Shown here piece by piece: positions 16,860 through 24,780 of a DNA stretch of 30,433 nucleotides. Positions within the stretch are counted from its first letter, which is position 1; every line of letters starts with the position of its first letter. The stretch comes from a virus (Duplodnaviria; Caudoviricetes), in the IMG/VR virus record IMGVR_UViG_3300011187_000344, positions 1-30,433 of that record; one strand, given 5' to 3'. A model generated the notes under the pieces. It saw only the letters and a program-made list of their open reading frames with translations. It made no database searches and was not told where the DNA came from. The position numbers and the translations under genes are program-made.

Positions 16860-17537
16860 ATGCAGTTAAGGGATCTGGTAATATATTGTGCCACACAAAA
16901 AAAGAGGAAGGAGGACACGTCCCTATGGAAAAGTTTAATTGAATTGGGGATAGCAGAGGACATCGAATGTGTCTTTTTTCTTGAAAATAAGAATAGTTTA
17001 GCTGAATTTTATAATTATTCTATCACAAGTAGTAAACACACTGAATGTGACGGTATAATCCTTGTCCATGATGATGTTTGTCTGGAACATGATCCCCGAC
17101 CCAACCTATACGATCTTTTCGAGGAGTTTGATGTCGTTGGGGTGGCTGGATGCTCAAGGGCTGAGATCAAGACACCAGCATTGTGGCACATAATGGGTGG
17201 AGGGTTCGGTTCAGGTAACCTACACGGTGCTGTAGCCCATAAAATGGGCGATAATAAGCATATGACGAATTTTGGTAACTATCCCCACGAAGTAGTGATG
17301 ATCGATGGTGTATTCATGGCTCTAAGTAAGAAGGCTATTGATAGTGGTGTTTACTTCGATGAGGAATGTCCGTCCAAATTTCACTTCTACGATCTCCTTT
17401 ATTGTAAGAATGCTAAAGATAAAGGGTTGAAAATTGGCGTGGGTGATGTAATGATTATACATGAGTCACCGGGATTGAGGGAATTCACCGAAGAGTGGAA
17501 GGTTGGTAACGAGTATTATTTGAAGCAGTATGAGTGA
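16860..17537 (+). CDS. GT-A fold glycosyltransferase-like protein (Glyco_tranf_2_5 type)
   Basis: N..SLAEFYN, LVHDDV, DVVGVAG, IDGVFMA, FDE...FHFYD, IHES. Confidence 0.8.
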   Translation: MQLRDLVIYCATQKKRKEDTSLWKSLIELGIAEDIECVFFLENKNSLAEFYNYSITSSKHTECDGIILVHDDVCLEHDPRPNLYDLFEEFDVVGVAGCSRAEIKTPALWHIMGGGFGSGNLHGAVAHKMGDNKHMTNFGNYPHEVVMIDGVFMALSKKAIDSGVYFDEECPSKFHFYDLLYCKNAKDKGLKIGVGDVMIIHESPGLREFTEEWKVGNEYYLKQYE

Positions 17538-18843
17538 AATAGATTTTGATCATTTTGAGAAGGTGATGGTGAAAAACGCCATGTTGGATGGTGGTTACCT
17601 ATCATCCATAGCTGATTATGTTAAACCGAAATACTTCACCGACAAGAATATTGCCAAATACTTCGAAATTGTGGCTGATTTCTACGAGAAGAGGAACGAT
17701 TTACCCACATTCACCGAAGTTAAGACCTATCTAACCACCGATGAGCTTAGAAATAACTTCAAAAAGCTTATATTATCGTTCAAAGAACTCGATTCCAAGC
17801 AAAATAAGGACGAATTATACGAGGTTACTGAGAAATTCCTCAAGGAGAGGGGGGCATATCATGCAATTCTAGAATCTGCCGAGGATATATCGGAAGGTAA
17901 CATCGATGCTGGGCTTATAGTTGATAAGTTTGAGAGCGTTGCGGGTATCAATCTCAATATTGATCGTGGTATTGAGCTTTATAGAGACAGGGAACGTATC
18001 ATTGATGACATTCTCAGCGACGAAAACAAGATTCCTAGTAGGTGGTCATGGCTCGATGACGCTCTGGATGGTGGATTCAATGAAGCGGGTAGAGCATTGT
18101 ATGTATTTGCTGGTCAATCCAACATCGGTAAGAGTATTTTCTTGGGTAATGTCGCTGCAAACATGGCAGAACAGGGTAAAAACGTCCTTATTATCACGTT
18201 GGAGATGTCTGAGACTCTTTATGCGAAGAGAATTGCGTCCAATGTGACCAAAATCCCGATGAAGGACTTTAGAGCCAACATCCCAACCCTGCGACAATCA
18301 CTAAAAGAGGAGGGTGAAAGGACTGGTGGTGCGATTTATATCAAGGAATTCCCACCATCAACGATGACACCGAGACAAATCGGTGCTTTTATCAAGAAGA
18401 TGAAGGAATCAGGCATCCACATCGATGCTGTGGTCATTGACTACCTCACACTCTTAACAGCCTCTGGGGACAATTCGTATGAGCGAGGAAAGAACATCTG
18501 TGAACAGATGAGAGCATTGACTTATGTGTTCAAATGCCCCTTCATTTCTGCTGCACAGTTGAATCGTGGTGCGTATGACACAAACAACCCTGGTATGGAT
18601 GGTATTTCTGAGTCTTTGGGGGTTGCAATGACCTCTGATATGATCGTATCCATTTTTCAGAACGAAGAAGACCAAGAATTGGGTATAGTTCGTTTGGGGA
18701 TGATGAAAAACAGGTTTGGTTCTAGGGGAACTGTCCAAACGATGAAGATCGACTACTCCACACTCACAATTACCCAGTCTGATGAGGAGGAAGAGGTGAT
18801 GGAGGATGAAGATTTTGACTTATTGGAGAAATTAAGCAGTTAA
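17530..18843 (+). CDS. 41: Replicative DnaB-like helicase gp41
   Basis: AGQSNIGKS Walker A, ITLEMSE, IKEFP, VIDYL, AAQLNR, ISES, KNRFG. Confidence 0.95.
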   Translation: MSEIDFDHFEKVMVKNAMLDGGYLSSIADYVKPKYFTDKNIAKYFEIVADFYEKRNDLPTFTEVKTYLTTDELRNNFKKLILSFKELDSKQNKDELYEVTEKFLKERGAYHAILESAEDISEGNIDAGLIVDKFESVAGINLNIDRGIELYRDRERIIDDILSDENKIPSRWSWLDDALDGGFNEAGRALYVFAGQSNIGKSIFLGNVAANMAEQGKNVLIITLEMSETLYAKRIASNVTKIPMKDFRANIPTLRQSLKEEGERTGGAIYIKEFPPSTMTPRQIGAFIKKMKESGIHIDAVVIDYLTLLTASGDNSYERGKNICEQMRALTYVFKCPFISAAQLNRGAYDTNNPGMDGISESLGVAMTSDMIVSIFQNEEDQELGIVRLGMMKNRFGSRGTVQTMKIDYSTLTITQSDEEEEVMEDEDFDLLEKLSS

Positions 18844-18856
18844 AAATATATAAATT

Positions 18857-19750
18857 ATGGAATTTGACAATCACATAGAAAATTGTAATTATAATGTGTC
18901 TAAAGTATTCGCATGGGTGAACTCTGATCTAGATGGCGTGGGAAGTGCCATCTTATTGGGTAATCTATGTCCAAATTTTGAGTATCGTCACTGTTTTTTC
19001 GGTAATTTCGAGGAACAATACACCACATGGGCAAAGGAAAACCTAGAAGATTACGATAAAGTCTTCATTGTGGGGATGGTATTAGATCAAATGATGGTCA
19101 GAAACATCGATGACCACCGTTTGGTGTTCGTATCTGACCGTCTTGAAGACATTAAGACATGGGATTCCACTGTAATTCAAGAGGAATGCTCGTCTTGCAC
19201 CAAGTTACTTTATAAAAAATTTAAAAATAAAGTCGAATTTCCACCAAACCTGAAGAAATTCTTCGTATATGTTAATGATTACAACTCATATGACCTAAAA
19301 CATGAGGAAACTAAGTATTTGAACGCACTCTATAGGAGGAGCGGTCCGAGACGGTTCGTTAAATTCGTAAACCGCTTCTGGGATGGGTTCGATGGCTTCA
19401 CATCAACGGAAGTTGATGTGGCAGATGGCTTTTTCGAAGAATTGGAAGGGGAATTGGAAAAAATCCAACTTTTCAAGGGTAAATGGGAGGGTTATAAGGT
19501 ATTATCGACCATTTCCAAGTTCTCCGTCAACGAATTGGCTCACTCAATCATGGATAATTATGAAACAGACGCTGTTATCGTTATGAATCCAGACACACAG
19601 TTCATCTCTTTCCGTAAAAGTGTTGGATCCGAGATAAACATAGCGGAGATGGCAGAAGATTTGTGTGAAGGTGGTGGTGGTGAATGGGCTGCTGGTGGTC
19701 AAATGACTAAAAAATTCTTAGCCTTCTCCCAAAAACTAGAAGAATTATGA
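18857..19750 (+). CDS. DHH/DHHA1-family phosphoesterase-like protein, apparently degenerate
   Basis: NSDLDGVGS motif I, SCTKLLY, VNDYNS, ISFR, GGGGEWAAGG (DHHA1). No DHH triad present. Confidence 0.7.
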   Translation: MEFDNHIENCNYNVSKVFAWVNSDLDGVGSAILLGNLCPNFEYRHCFFGNFEEQYTTWAKENLEDYDKVFIVGMVLDQMMVRNIDDHRLVFVSDRLEDIKTWDSTVIQEECSSCTKLLYKKFKNKVEFPPNLKKFFVYVNDYNSYDLKHEETKYLNALYRRSGPRRFVKFVNRFWDGFDGFTSTEVDVADGFFEELEGELEKIQLFKGKWEGYKVLSTISKFSVNELAHSIMDNYETDAVIVMNPDTQFISFRKSVGSEINIAEMAEDLCEGGGGEWAAGGQMTKKFLAFSQKLEEL

Positions 19751-20319
19751 AAAGACGAAATTTTATCAAAGGAACAGCAGCATTCGTGGGATTATTTGGT
19801 GTCGGTATCACTAAAGCCGAAAATTCATCGAAAATAGAAAAACTTTCCGATAAAGAGAAGTTTTATAAATTTTTCGAGAAGTTCAATGGTTTTCCGATAA
19901 ACGGTAAACAGAAACTCACATACAAAAATATACAAAAGGGAAATAATTGCATTACTGCTGGAAGACAATATGGTATGACTACTTTACTGGTGACTATTTC
20001 TGCTTGGGAAGCTTTAAATAGAAAAAAGGTAGTTCATCTCTCTTCTTCTTATATCACAGGTGAAAACGCTAAAAATATCTTCAATAGGAATTGTGAAAGA
20101 ATTGATATCCCTTCAACTGAAATGGATATTAAATTTATTAATGCGACTACTCATAATACTTACGGTTTCGGGTTAGACACACATTTCCATTTCGATAATT
20201 CGGGTATGGATAGAAATATCTGGGAGTTATTTGATGATCTTCCACATAAAAATAAAATTTACATAACCACAGATGGATACAAACCCTTCAAGATAATATA
20301 TTCATCAACCTTTAAATAA
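19747..20319 (+). CDS. Twin-arginine signal protein with degenerate terminase-like P-loop
   Basis: MKRRNFIKGTAAFVGLFGVG Tat peptide; CITAGRQYGMTTLL. Confidence 0.55.
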   Translation: MKRRNFIKGTAAFVGLFGVGITKAENSSKIEKLSDKEKFYKFFEKFNGFPINGKQKLTYKNIQKGNNCITAGRQYGMTTLLVTISAWEALNRKKVVHLSSSYITGENAKNIFNRNCERIDIPSTEMDIKFINATTHNTYGFGLDTHFHFDNSGMDRNIWELFDDLPHKNKIYITTDGYKPFKIIYSSTFK

Positions 20320-20330
20320 TAATCCGCTTT

Positions 20331-20606
20331 ATGTTCGACTCATCAATAGATATAATAAAAAAAGAAACCAGAAGATTGTTCATCTGCTATTGCACCTTTG
20401 TGAACACCCTGAAAGGTAAAAAACTCTCCGTCCAAAACGTTTTTGTAACGACTCTGGAGGAAGAACGACTAAAAAGGATACTTAAAACTCTTTTATCCCT
20501 TGACTCTGACCAAGAATTGGTTAGAGTGTTCTTGGACTTCGATCCATCCATTGCCAAAAGCAAGTATGTGACGAAATACCTGAACAGTCAAAAGAAGAAG
20601 AAATGA
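20331..20606 (+). CDS. Hypothetical protein at the position T4 gp33 occupies
   Basis: 91 aa helical protein before the gp59-like gene and gp32. Positional argument only. Confidence 0.45.
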   Translation: MFDSSIDIIKKETRRLFICYCTFVNTLKGKKLSVQNVFVTTLEEERLKRILKTLLSLDSDQELVRVFLDFDPSIAKSKYVTKYLNSQKKKK

Positions 20607-21244
20607 TTTCAAGTTTTCAGAAGAAAATATATAACGACCACTTAGTTACATCTAGAATATCTAAAGGAGAACCTTTCAGAATACGGAAGAACTTCGACAA
20701 GATGGATGAAGATAAGGTTAATGCGTTGGATAAACTCGAAAGAATGTTTACGAGCTACGATACGATCAATATCGAATTGTTCTTCAAAGCTCCATATGAA
20801 ACTTTCGAAGATGAGGATTATTTCCCTCTAGAATTTTACACAACACAGAGAGCGAAAAAGGCATATGCTCTCTATATGAAAAGGATGGAGACCGAAGATC
20901 CCGACTCCGAAGATAGTATGAAGAGACTCATTAAGAGTTTGAAATTTATTAAGAACTTTTGTGAAGAAAAGGAGTTGACTTTAGATAAATACCCTTTATA
21001 TATTGAGCATAAGATTCCTTTCATGGTTGAACATTTAAAGAATCACGATATCAATATGTATACGTTACATTCTTTGGGAGTTTCTAAATTAAAAGTCGAA
21101 AATAGAATATTAGATTTTATGTTCAGTGATTTTTGGATCACTTTTCAGAAGACTAAAAACAAATTCTTCCTTTCGAAAAAGATGAAAAAACTTGCGAAGA
21201 AAGCAACACACAAAATACAAACACAACTAAAAAACAAAATATAA
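20603..21244 (+). CDS. Probable helicase loader gp59-like protein
   Basis: 213 aa, basic, aromatic and helical; immediately upstream of gp32. Size and synteny match T4 gp59, but sequence similarity is not evident by eye. Confidence 0.45.
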   Translation: MISSFQKKIYNDHLVTSRISKGEPFRIRKNFDKMDEDKVNALDKLERMFTSYDTINIELFFKAPYETFEDEDYFPLEFYTTQRAKKAYALYMKRMETEDPDSEDSMKRLIKSLKFIKNFCEEKELTLDKYPLYIEHKIPFMVEHLKNHDINMYTLHSLGVSKLKVENRILDFMFSDFWITFQKTKNKFFLSKKMKKLAKKATHKIQTQLKNKI

Positions 21245-21246
21245 TT

Positions 21247-22176
21247 ATGGCTAAAAACAAATTCAATGCTGCAATGTTCGATTCGATCAAGTCAGCTTTA
21301 AACAAAGGTAGCGAATCCTCTGGGCAATTCTCAAATATCATGAAATTCCCCGCTGGTCACACTTACACCCTCCGTCTAATCCCAAATGTCGAAGATCCTG
21401 AAAAGACCTTCTATAATCACTGGGTTCATGGCTGGAATAGTGAAGCTACTGGCTCTTATATGAGCTATCTTGGTCTCCAAACCTTCGGTGAGAGAGATCC
21501 AATCAACGAACTCCGTTGGAAACTCTTCAAGGAATGGAAAGAGGAGAATCCAGGTGTCGATAACAGAGAGTATGATGGTAAGATCTCTCAGAGAGAGCAA
21601 TGGCTAGTCAACGTATACGTTGTCGATGATCCATCCAACCCTGAGAATAATGGAACCGTTAAGATCCTCCGCATGGGTCCTCAAATCAAAGACATCATCG
21701 ACGATGCTTTGGAAGGTGATCGTGCCGAAGAGCTCGGGTTTGATATTTTTGACTTAACCAAGCCACACGATTTCAAAATCAAGGCCGAGAAGAGTGGAGT
21801 ATACACATCCTTTAAGTCTTCATTCTTCACTACCAAGAGCAAAACAAAGCTTGATGGTGATGAGATCGATGAAATCTACGAAGGTATCCACGATCTTGAA
21901 CAAATCTATCCAGTCAAGTCTTCTGAAGAGCTTGAAGAAATTCTCAATGAACACTACTTCGTTGGTGATGAGAAGGAGGAGCGCAAGTCCCTCACCAAGA
22001 TCAAGAAAGAGAAAGAAGATGTTGAAGAAGAGGACGAAATCCCAATGGAGCATGAAAGCGACGAGAAGAAAACTAAATCTTCCAAGAAATCTTCCAAAAA
22101 GAAAAAGGACGATGATGATGATGATGATGATTACGATGAAGAACTCGATGATCTCATGTCTGAATTGGATAACTAA
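21247..22176 (+). CDS. 32: Single-stranded DNA-binding protein gp32
   Basis: LRLIP, HWVHGW, DPI, NVYVVDDPSNPENNGTVKI, IFDL...DFKIK, acidic tail ELDDLMSELDN. Confidence 0.92.
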   Translation: MAKNKFNAAMFDSIKSALNKGSESSGQFSNIMKFPAGHTYTLRLIPNVEDPEKTFYNHWVHGWNSEATGSYMSYLGLQTFGERDPINELRWKLFKEWKEENPGVDNREYDGKISQREQWLVNVYVVDDPSNPENNGTVKILRMGPQIKDIIDDALEGDRAEELGFDIFDLTKPHDFKIKAEKSGVYTSFKSSFFTTKSKTKLDGDEIDEIYEGIHDLEQIYPVKSSEELEEILNEHYFVGDEKEERKSLTKIKKEKEDVEEEDEIPMEHESDEKKTKSSKKSSKKKKDDDDDDDDYDEELDDLMSELDN

Positions 22177-22178
22177 TC

Positions 22179-22682
22179 ATGTCAAGACAACAAATACCAG
22201 AAGAAGTTCAAACTATCGCTGCTCTCATTGGTGAGAGCAGCCAGATAGATTCTATGATGATGGGGAGATCTCCCAACTTGGTGACTGATACAAACACTCT
22301 TAAACAAGGTTTGAATCAGTTTATCCAAGAAAGTAGGAGAGCACAAGGACAACCGCCTCAACCCGCGCCAATCCCACAAATACCTCCCGTGCAAGTGGAT
22401 AACGCCCCACCACCACAGATGGACATCCCACCTCAGCCCCAGATGCAACTTCCACCTCAACCCCAACCACAAACGTTCTTGCCATCGCAAGAGCCTGTGG
22501 ATGAGGGGCAGATGGAATTCAATTTGGAACCAACACAACTAGACGTTATCATTGATTTACTCAAAGATATATCTTTAAAGTTGAAAAAACAGAATAGCAT
22601 GTTACAAGATATATATGAAAAACCTAAACCTAAAAAGGAAAGAGTTCCGACTACTACTTGCAAGTCTGGGAAAGATAAATGA
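22179..22682 (+). CDS. Pro/Gln-rich hypothetical protein
   Basis: 167 aa with a central PPQPQ low-complexity segment and a GQMEFNL motif. Confidence 0.65.
   Translation: MSRQQIPEEVQTIAALIGESSQIDSMMMGRSPNLVTDTNTLKQGLNQFIQESRRAQGQPPQPAPIPQIPPVQVDNAPPPQMDIPPQPQMQLPPQPQPQTFLPSQEPVDEGQMEFNLEPTQLDVIIDLLKDISLKLKKQNSMLQDIYEKPKPKKERVPTTTCKSGKDK
22581..22608 (+). promoter_or_regulatory. Possible sigma70-like promoter for the clamp gene
   Basis: TTGAAA-N16-TACAAG-N6-ATG, inside the upstream gene. Confidence 0.35.
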
Positions 22683-23328
22683 TTCCTGCATCCTAGACAT
22701 CAAGGATGATGGTATACACGGTTTAACTTCTTCGGAAGATAATAGTATGTATGTTCATGCTTGTTTGGGTGGTGATTATGATGAGATGGCTCTCAATCTT
22801 CCTTCTTTGATCAAGCTTTCAAAGGCTTTGAATATGGTCGAGGAGGAGTATATTGATCTTATGGTTAAAAATAACCATATTGAGTATCGAGGAGATGATT
22901 TGAAGTTCAAGTATCATCTACACGAGGATGGTATCATCACAAAACCAAAAGTGACCTTGGAGAAGATCAGAAATTTTCAATACGATATTGAATTCGATTT
23001 AGATTTCGATTTCTTATCCACACTATTGAAGAATTCATCGATGACATCTACCAATAAACTGTATATCTATACAGAGGATGAAAAACTAATCTGGAAACTC
23101 GGTGATGAATCGGTTCCGAATAGTAATAATTTCTGTGTTGTGGGCGAAGAGGTGCTGTTCGAATTGGATGAGCCATTTATATTGAGAATAGACAACCTAA
23201 AGATATTGTCTAAAATATCTAAAGATGATAACGTATTCAAAATAAATTCAGACATTGGTGTTGGATCCATAGTTTCCAAATTTGGGGATTTTGAACTAGA
23301 ATATATATTTTCATCATTACAAGAATGA
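22615..23328 (+). CDS. 45: DNA polymerase sliding clamp (gp45/PCNA fold)
   Basis: 237 aa, acidic, two-domain alpha/beta pattern (LGKINDSCILDIKDDGI; LNLPSLIKLSKAL; terminal LEYIF). Confidence 0.7.
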   Translation: MKNLNLKRKEFRLLLASLGKINDSCILDIKDDGIHGLTSSEDNSMYVHACLGGDYDEMALNLPSLIKLSKALNMVEEEYIDLMVKNNHIEYRGDDLKFKYHLHEDGIITKPKVTLEKIRNFQYDIEFDLDFDFLSTLLKNSSMTSTNKLYIYTEDEKLIWKLGDESVPNSNNFCVVGEEVLFELDEPFILRIDNLKILSKISKDDNVFKINSDIGVGSIVSKFGDFELEYIFSSLQE

Positions 23329-23474
23329 ACGAGTTAGATAAAATGACCAAAGAGATAGAAGCCGTGTTGAATAAAGCGTATTATTACGCCATACCAACGA
23401 TTGAAGATTATGATAAAGCTTTGAATGAGATTTCGAAGATTATAAAGGAGAATAAAAAATTATGGGAACAATAG
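23325..23474 (+). CDS. Small hypothetical protein (49 aa)
   Basis: Read manually: MNELDKMTKEIEAVLNKAYYYAIPTIEDYDKALNEISKIIKENKKLWEQ; ATGA-coupled to the clamp gene. Confidence 0.6.
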   Translation: MNELDKMTKEIEAVLNKAYYYAIPTIEDYDKALNEISKIIKENKKLWEQ

Positions 23475-23707
23475 CAAGAAATGAGATAACGGGTAGGGTA
23501 ATCAAAACGGATCCACCAACACAGGTGTATAGGGATCGTTTAGATTTAATCTATGCAACAAAGTCTTCAAACGAATGGTTGGCACTTAAACCAGAGCTAC
23601 AATTAATCAATTCCGATGGGTGGGATGACAAGGTCACTCTTGATACTCCAATCAAATATAAGGAATTCTTAGAAAGATTGGAAAAATCTGAAGTTACGAA
23701 TATTTAA
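23462..23707 (+). CDS. Hypothetical protein
   Basis: 81 aa with an ARNEITG N-terminus of a kind common in small phage proteins. Confidence 0.6.
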   Translation: MGTIARNEITGRVIKTDPPTQVYRDRLDLIYATKSSNEWLALKPELQLINSDGWDDKVTLDTPIKYKEFLERLEKSEVTNI

Positions 23708-23710
23708 TAT

Positions 23711-23791
23711 ATGTTCGATTGCGGTGAGAACTGTAAAACACCAAACGAATGTCTTGGGTTTGGTAAATGTATATTGGAGGATAGCGAATAA
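23711..23791 (+). CDS. 26-aa four-Cys peptide
   Basis: MFDCGENCKTPNECLGFGKCILEDSE; starts 3 nt after the previous stop and fills the gap. Confidence 0.4.
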   Translation: MFDCGENCKTPNECLGFGKCILEDSE

Positions 23792-23809
23792 TCAAAGAGC
23801 TTTTTGAGA

Positions 23810-23837
23810 TTGACAAGTGATACATAATATGTAAATA
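23810..23837 (+). promoter_or_regulatory. sigma70-like promoter whose -10 box also matches the late box
   Basis: TTGACA-N16-TAAATA-N6-ATG. Confidence 0.6.
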
Positions 23838-23843
23838 TCATTA

Positions 23844-24173
23844 ATGAAGAATTCGATAGCAACACAAGGTTATTTCATCAAGCGTCTTAGAGACAGTGGT
23901 TTTATTACCATCAAATTGTTTGATAAATATGCCCAACACGATCCTCGAAAATGGACTGTTATGGTTGATCCAGAAAATAGCTCTGTGATGATAACCTGTT
24001 ATCAGAACAATGAGTATAGGGGAGAACTCTATTATGAGTTGAATGATGGTGGAAGCAGGTTTCCGAAAAACTACAATCTAAAGACACAAAGTATGGAAAT
24101 TATCGTTACTACTTTAATCGAGAAAAACGTGAATCAAGTCAGTGTTGATTCCGCTTTTATGAAAAAGGATTAA
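23844..24173 (+). CDS. Hypothetical protein
   Basis: 109 aa globular-looking ORF (YFIKRLRDSGF, DPRKWTVMVDP). Confidence 0.7.
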   Translation: MKNSIATQGYFIKRLRDSGFITIKLFDKYAQHDPRKWTVMVDPENSSVMITCYQNNEYRGELYYELNDGGSRFPKNYNLKTQSMEIIVTTLIEKNVNQVSVDSAFMKKD

Positions 24174-24176
24174 ATA
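24170..24176 (+). promoter_or_regulatory. Possible late promoter box (TTAAATA)
   Basis: TTAAATA-GGTAGT-ATG. Confidence 0.4.
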
Positions 24177-24182
24177 GGTAGT

Positions 24183-24515
24183 ATGGAAGATGGAGAACGA
24201 GACCCAGAAGAGCCGATTATCATTGATGATGATGTTCTAGAGATCCTGAGACAAGCCCTAATCGAGGATAAGAAAACCAACAGAGAAGGTAAAGACCTAT
24301 CACCCCACGATCTAAATGAAACGCTGGGTGCTTTGATTAATGAATTTCTTAGTTGTTTTCAATTATTCGGTTACGATTTTGATGGAAACTTGGTTGAGAT
24401 TAAAAAAACTTCCAATAATATGGAAAAAGCTGCTATGGACAACCTATTTATTCAAAAGTTTGGTGATTTTATGGCTGATAGAGGAGGAATGAGAGATGAT
24501 AAATTCGATTTTTAA
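24183..24515 (+). CDS. Hypothetical protein
   Basis: 110 aa acidic ORF (EFLSCFQLFGYDFDG). Confidence 0.7.
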   Translation: MEDGERDPEEPIIIDDDVLEILRQALIEDKKTNREGKDLSPHDLNETLGALINEFLSCFQLFGYDFDGNLVEIKKTSNNMEKAAMDNLFIQKFGDFMADRGGMRDDKFDF

Positions 24516-24780
24516 TAAAATAAAGAAGAAAAAAATAAACTTTGGTGAGACATTCGCAGTTCAAACTGGGGATTATGTCGGTGAGATGTTCGTTTACATG
24601 GAAACGATAGAAGAAAAATACCATTTCTTGTCGATGCCCAAAATGGAATTACGTGAAGTCCCTATAGACGAGTTTGACAACGGTTTACAATATGATATTA
24701 TCGAGTATGTCGAAATTCTCCCAAGAAATACTCTCAAAGTTGTCAAAAAGCAATACAACGTTCTTAGAGATCCCGACTGA
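24496..24780 (+). CDS. Hypothetical protein
   Basis: 94 aa ORF in the operon. Confidence 0.65.
   Translation: MINSIFNKIKKKKINFGETFAVQTGDYVGEMFVYMETIEEKYHFLSMPKMELREVPIDEFDNGLQYDIIEYVEILPRNTLKVVKKQYNVLRDPD
24674..24701 (+). promoter_or_regulatory. sigma70-like promoter for primase, embedded in the upstream CDS
   Basis: TTGACA-N16-TATTAT-N5-ATG(24707). Confidence 0.6.

Noticed and set aside
10894-18843. Inteins, introns or stop-codon reassignment in pol, uvsX or helicase
   Set aside because: All are uninterrupted and of normal length under the standard code, and TAA, TAG and TGA all act as stops in the window.
22111-22131. (GAT)7 run in gp32
   Set aside because: It simply encodes part of the usual acidic SSB tail.
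24674-24706. TTG start for primase given by the ORF track
   Set aside because: That TTG is the start of a TTGACA -35 box. Promoter geometry points to ATG 24707.
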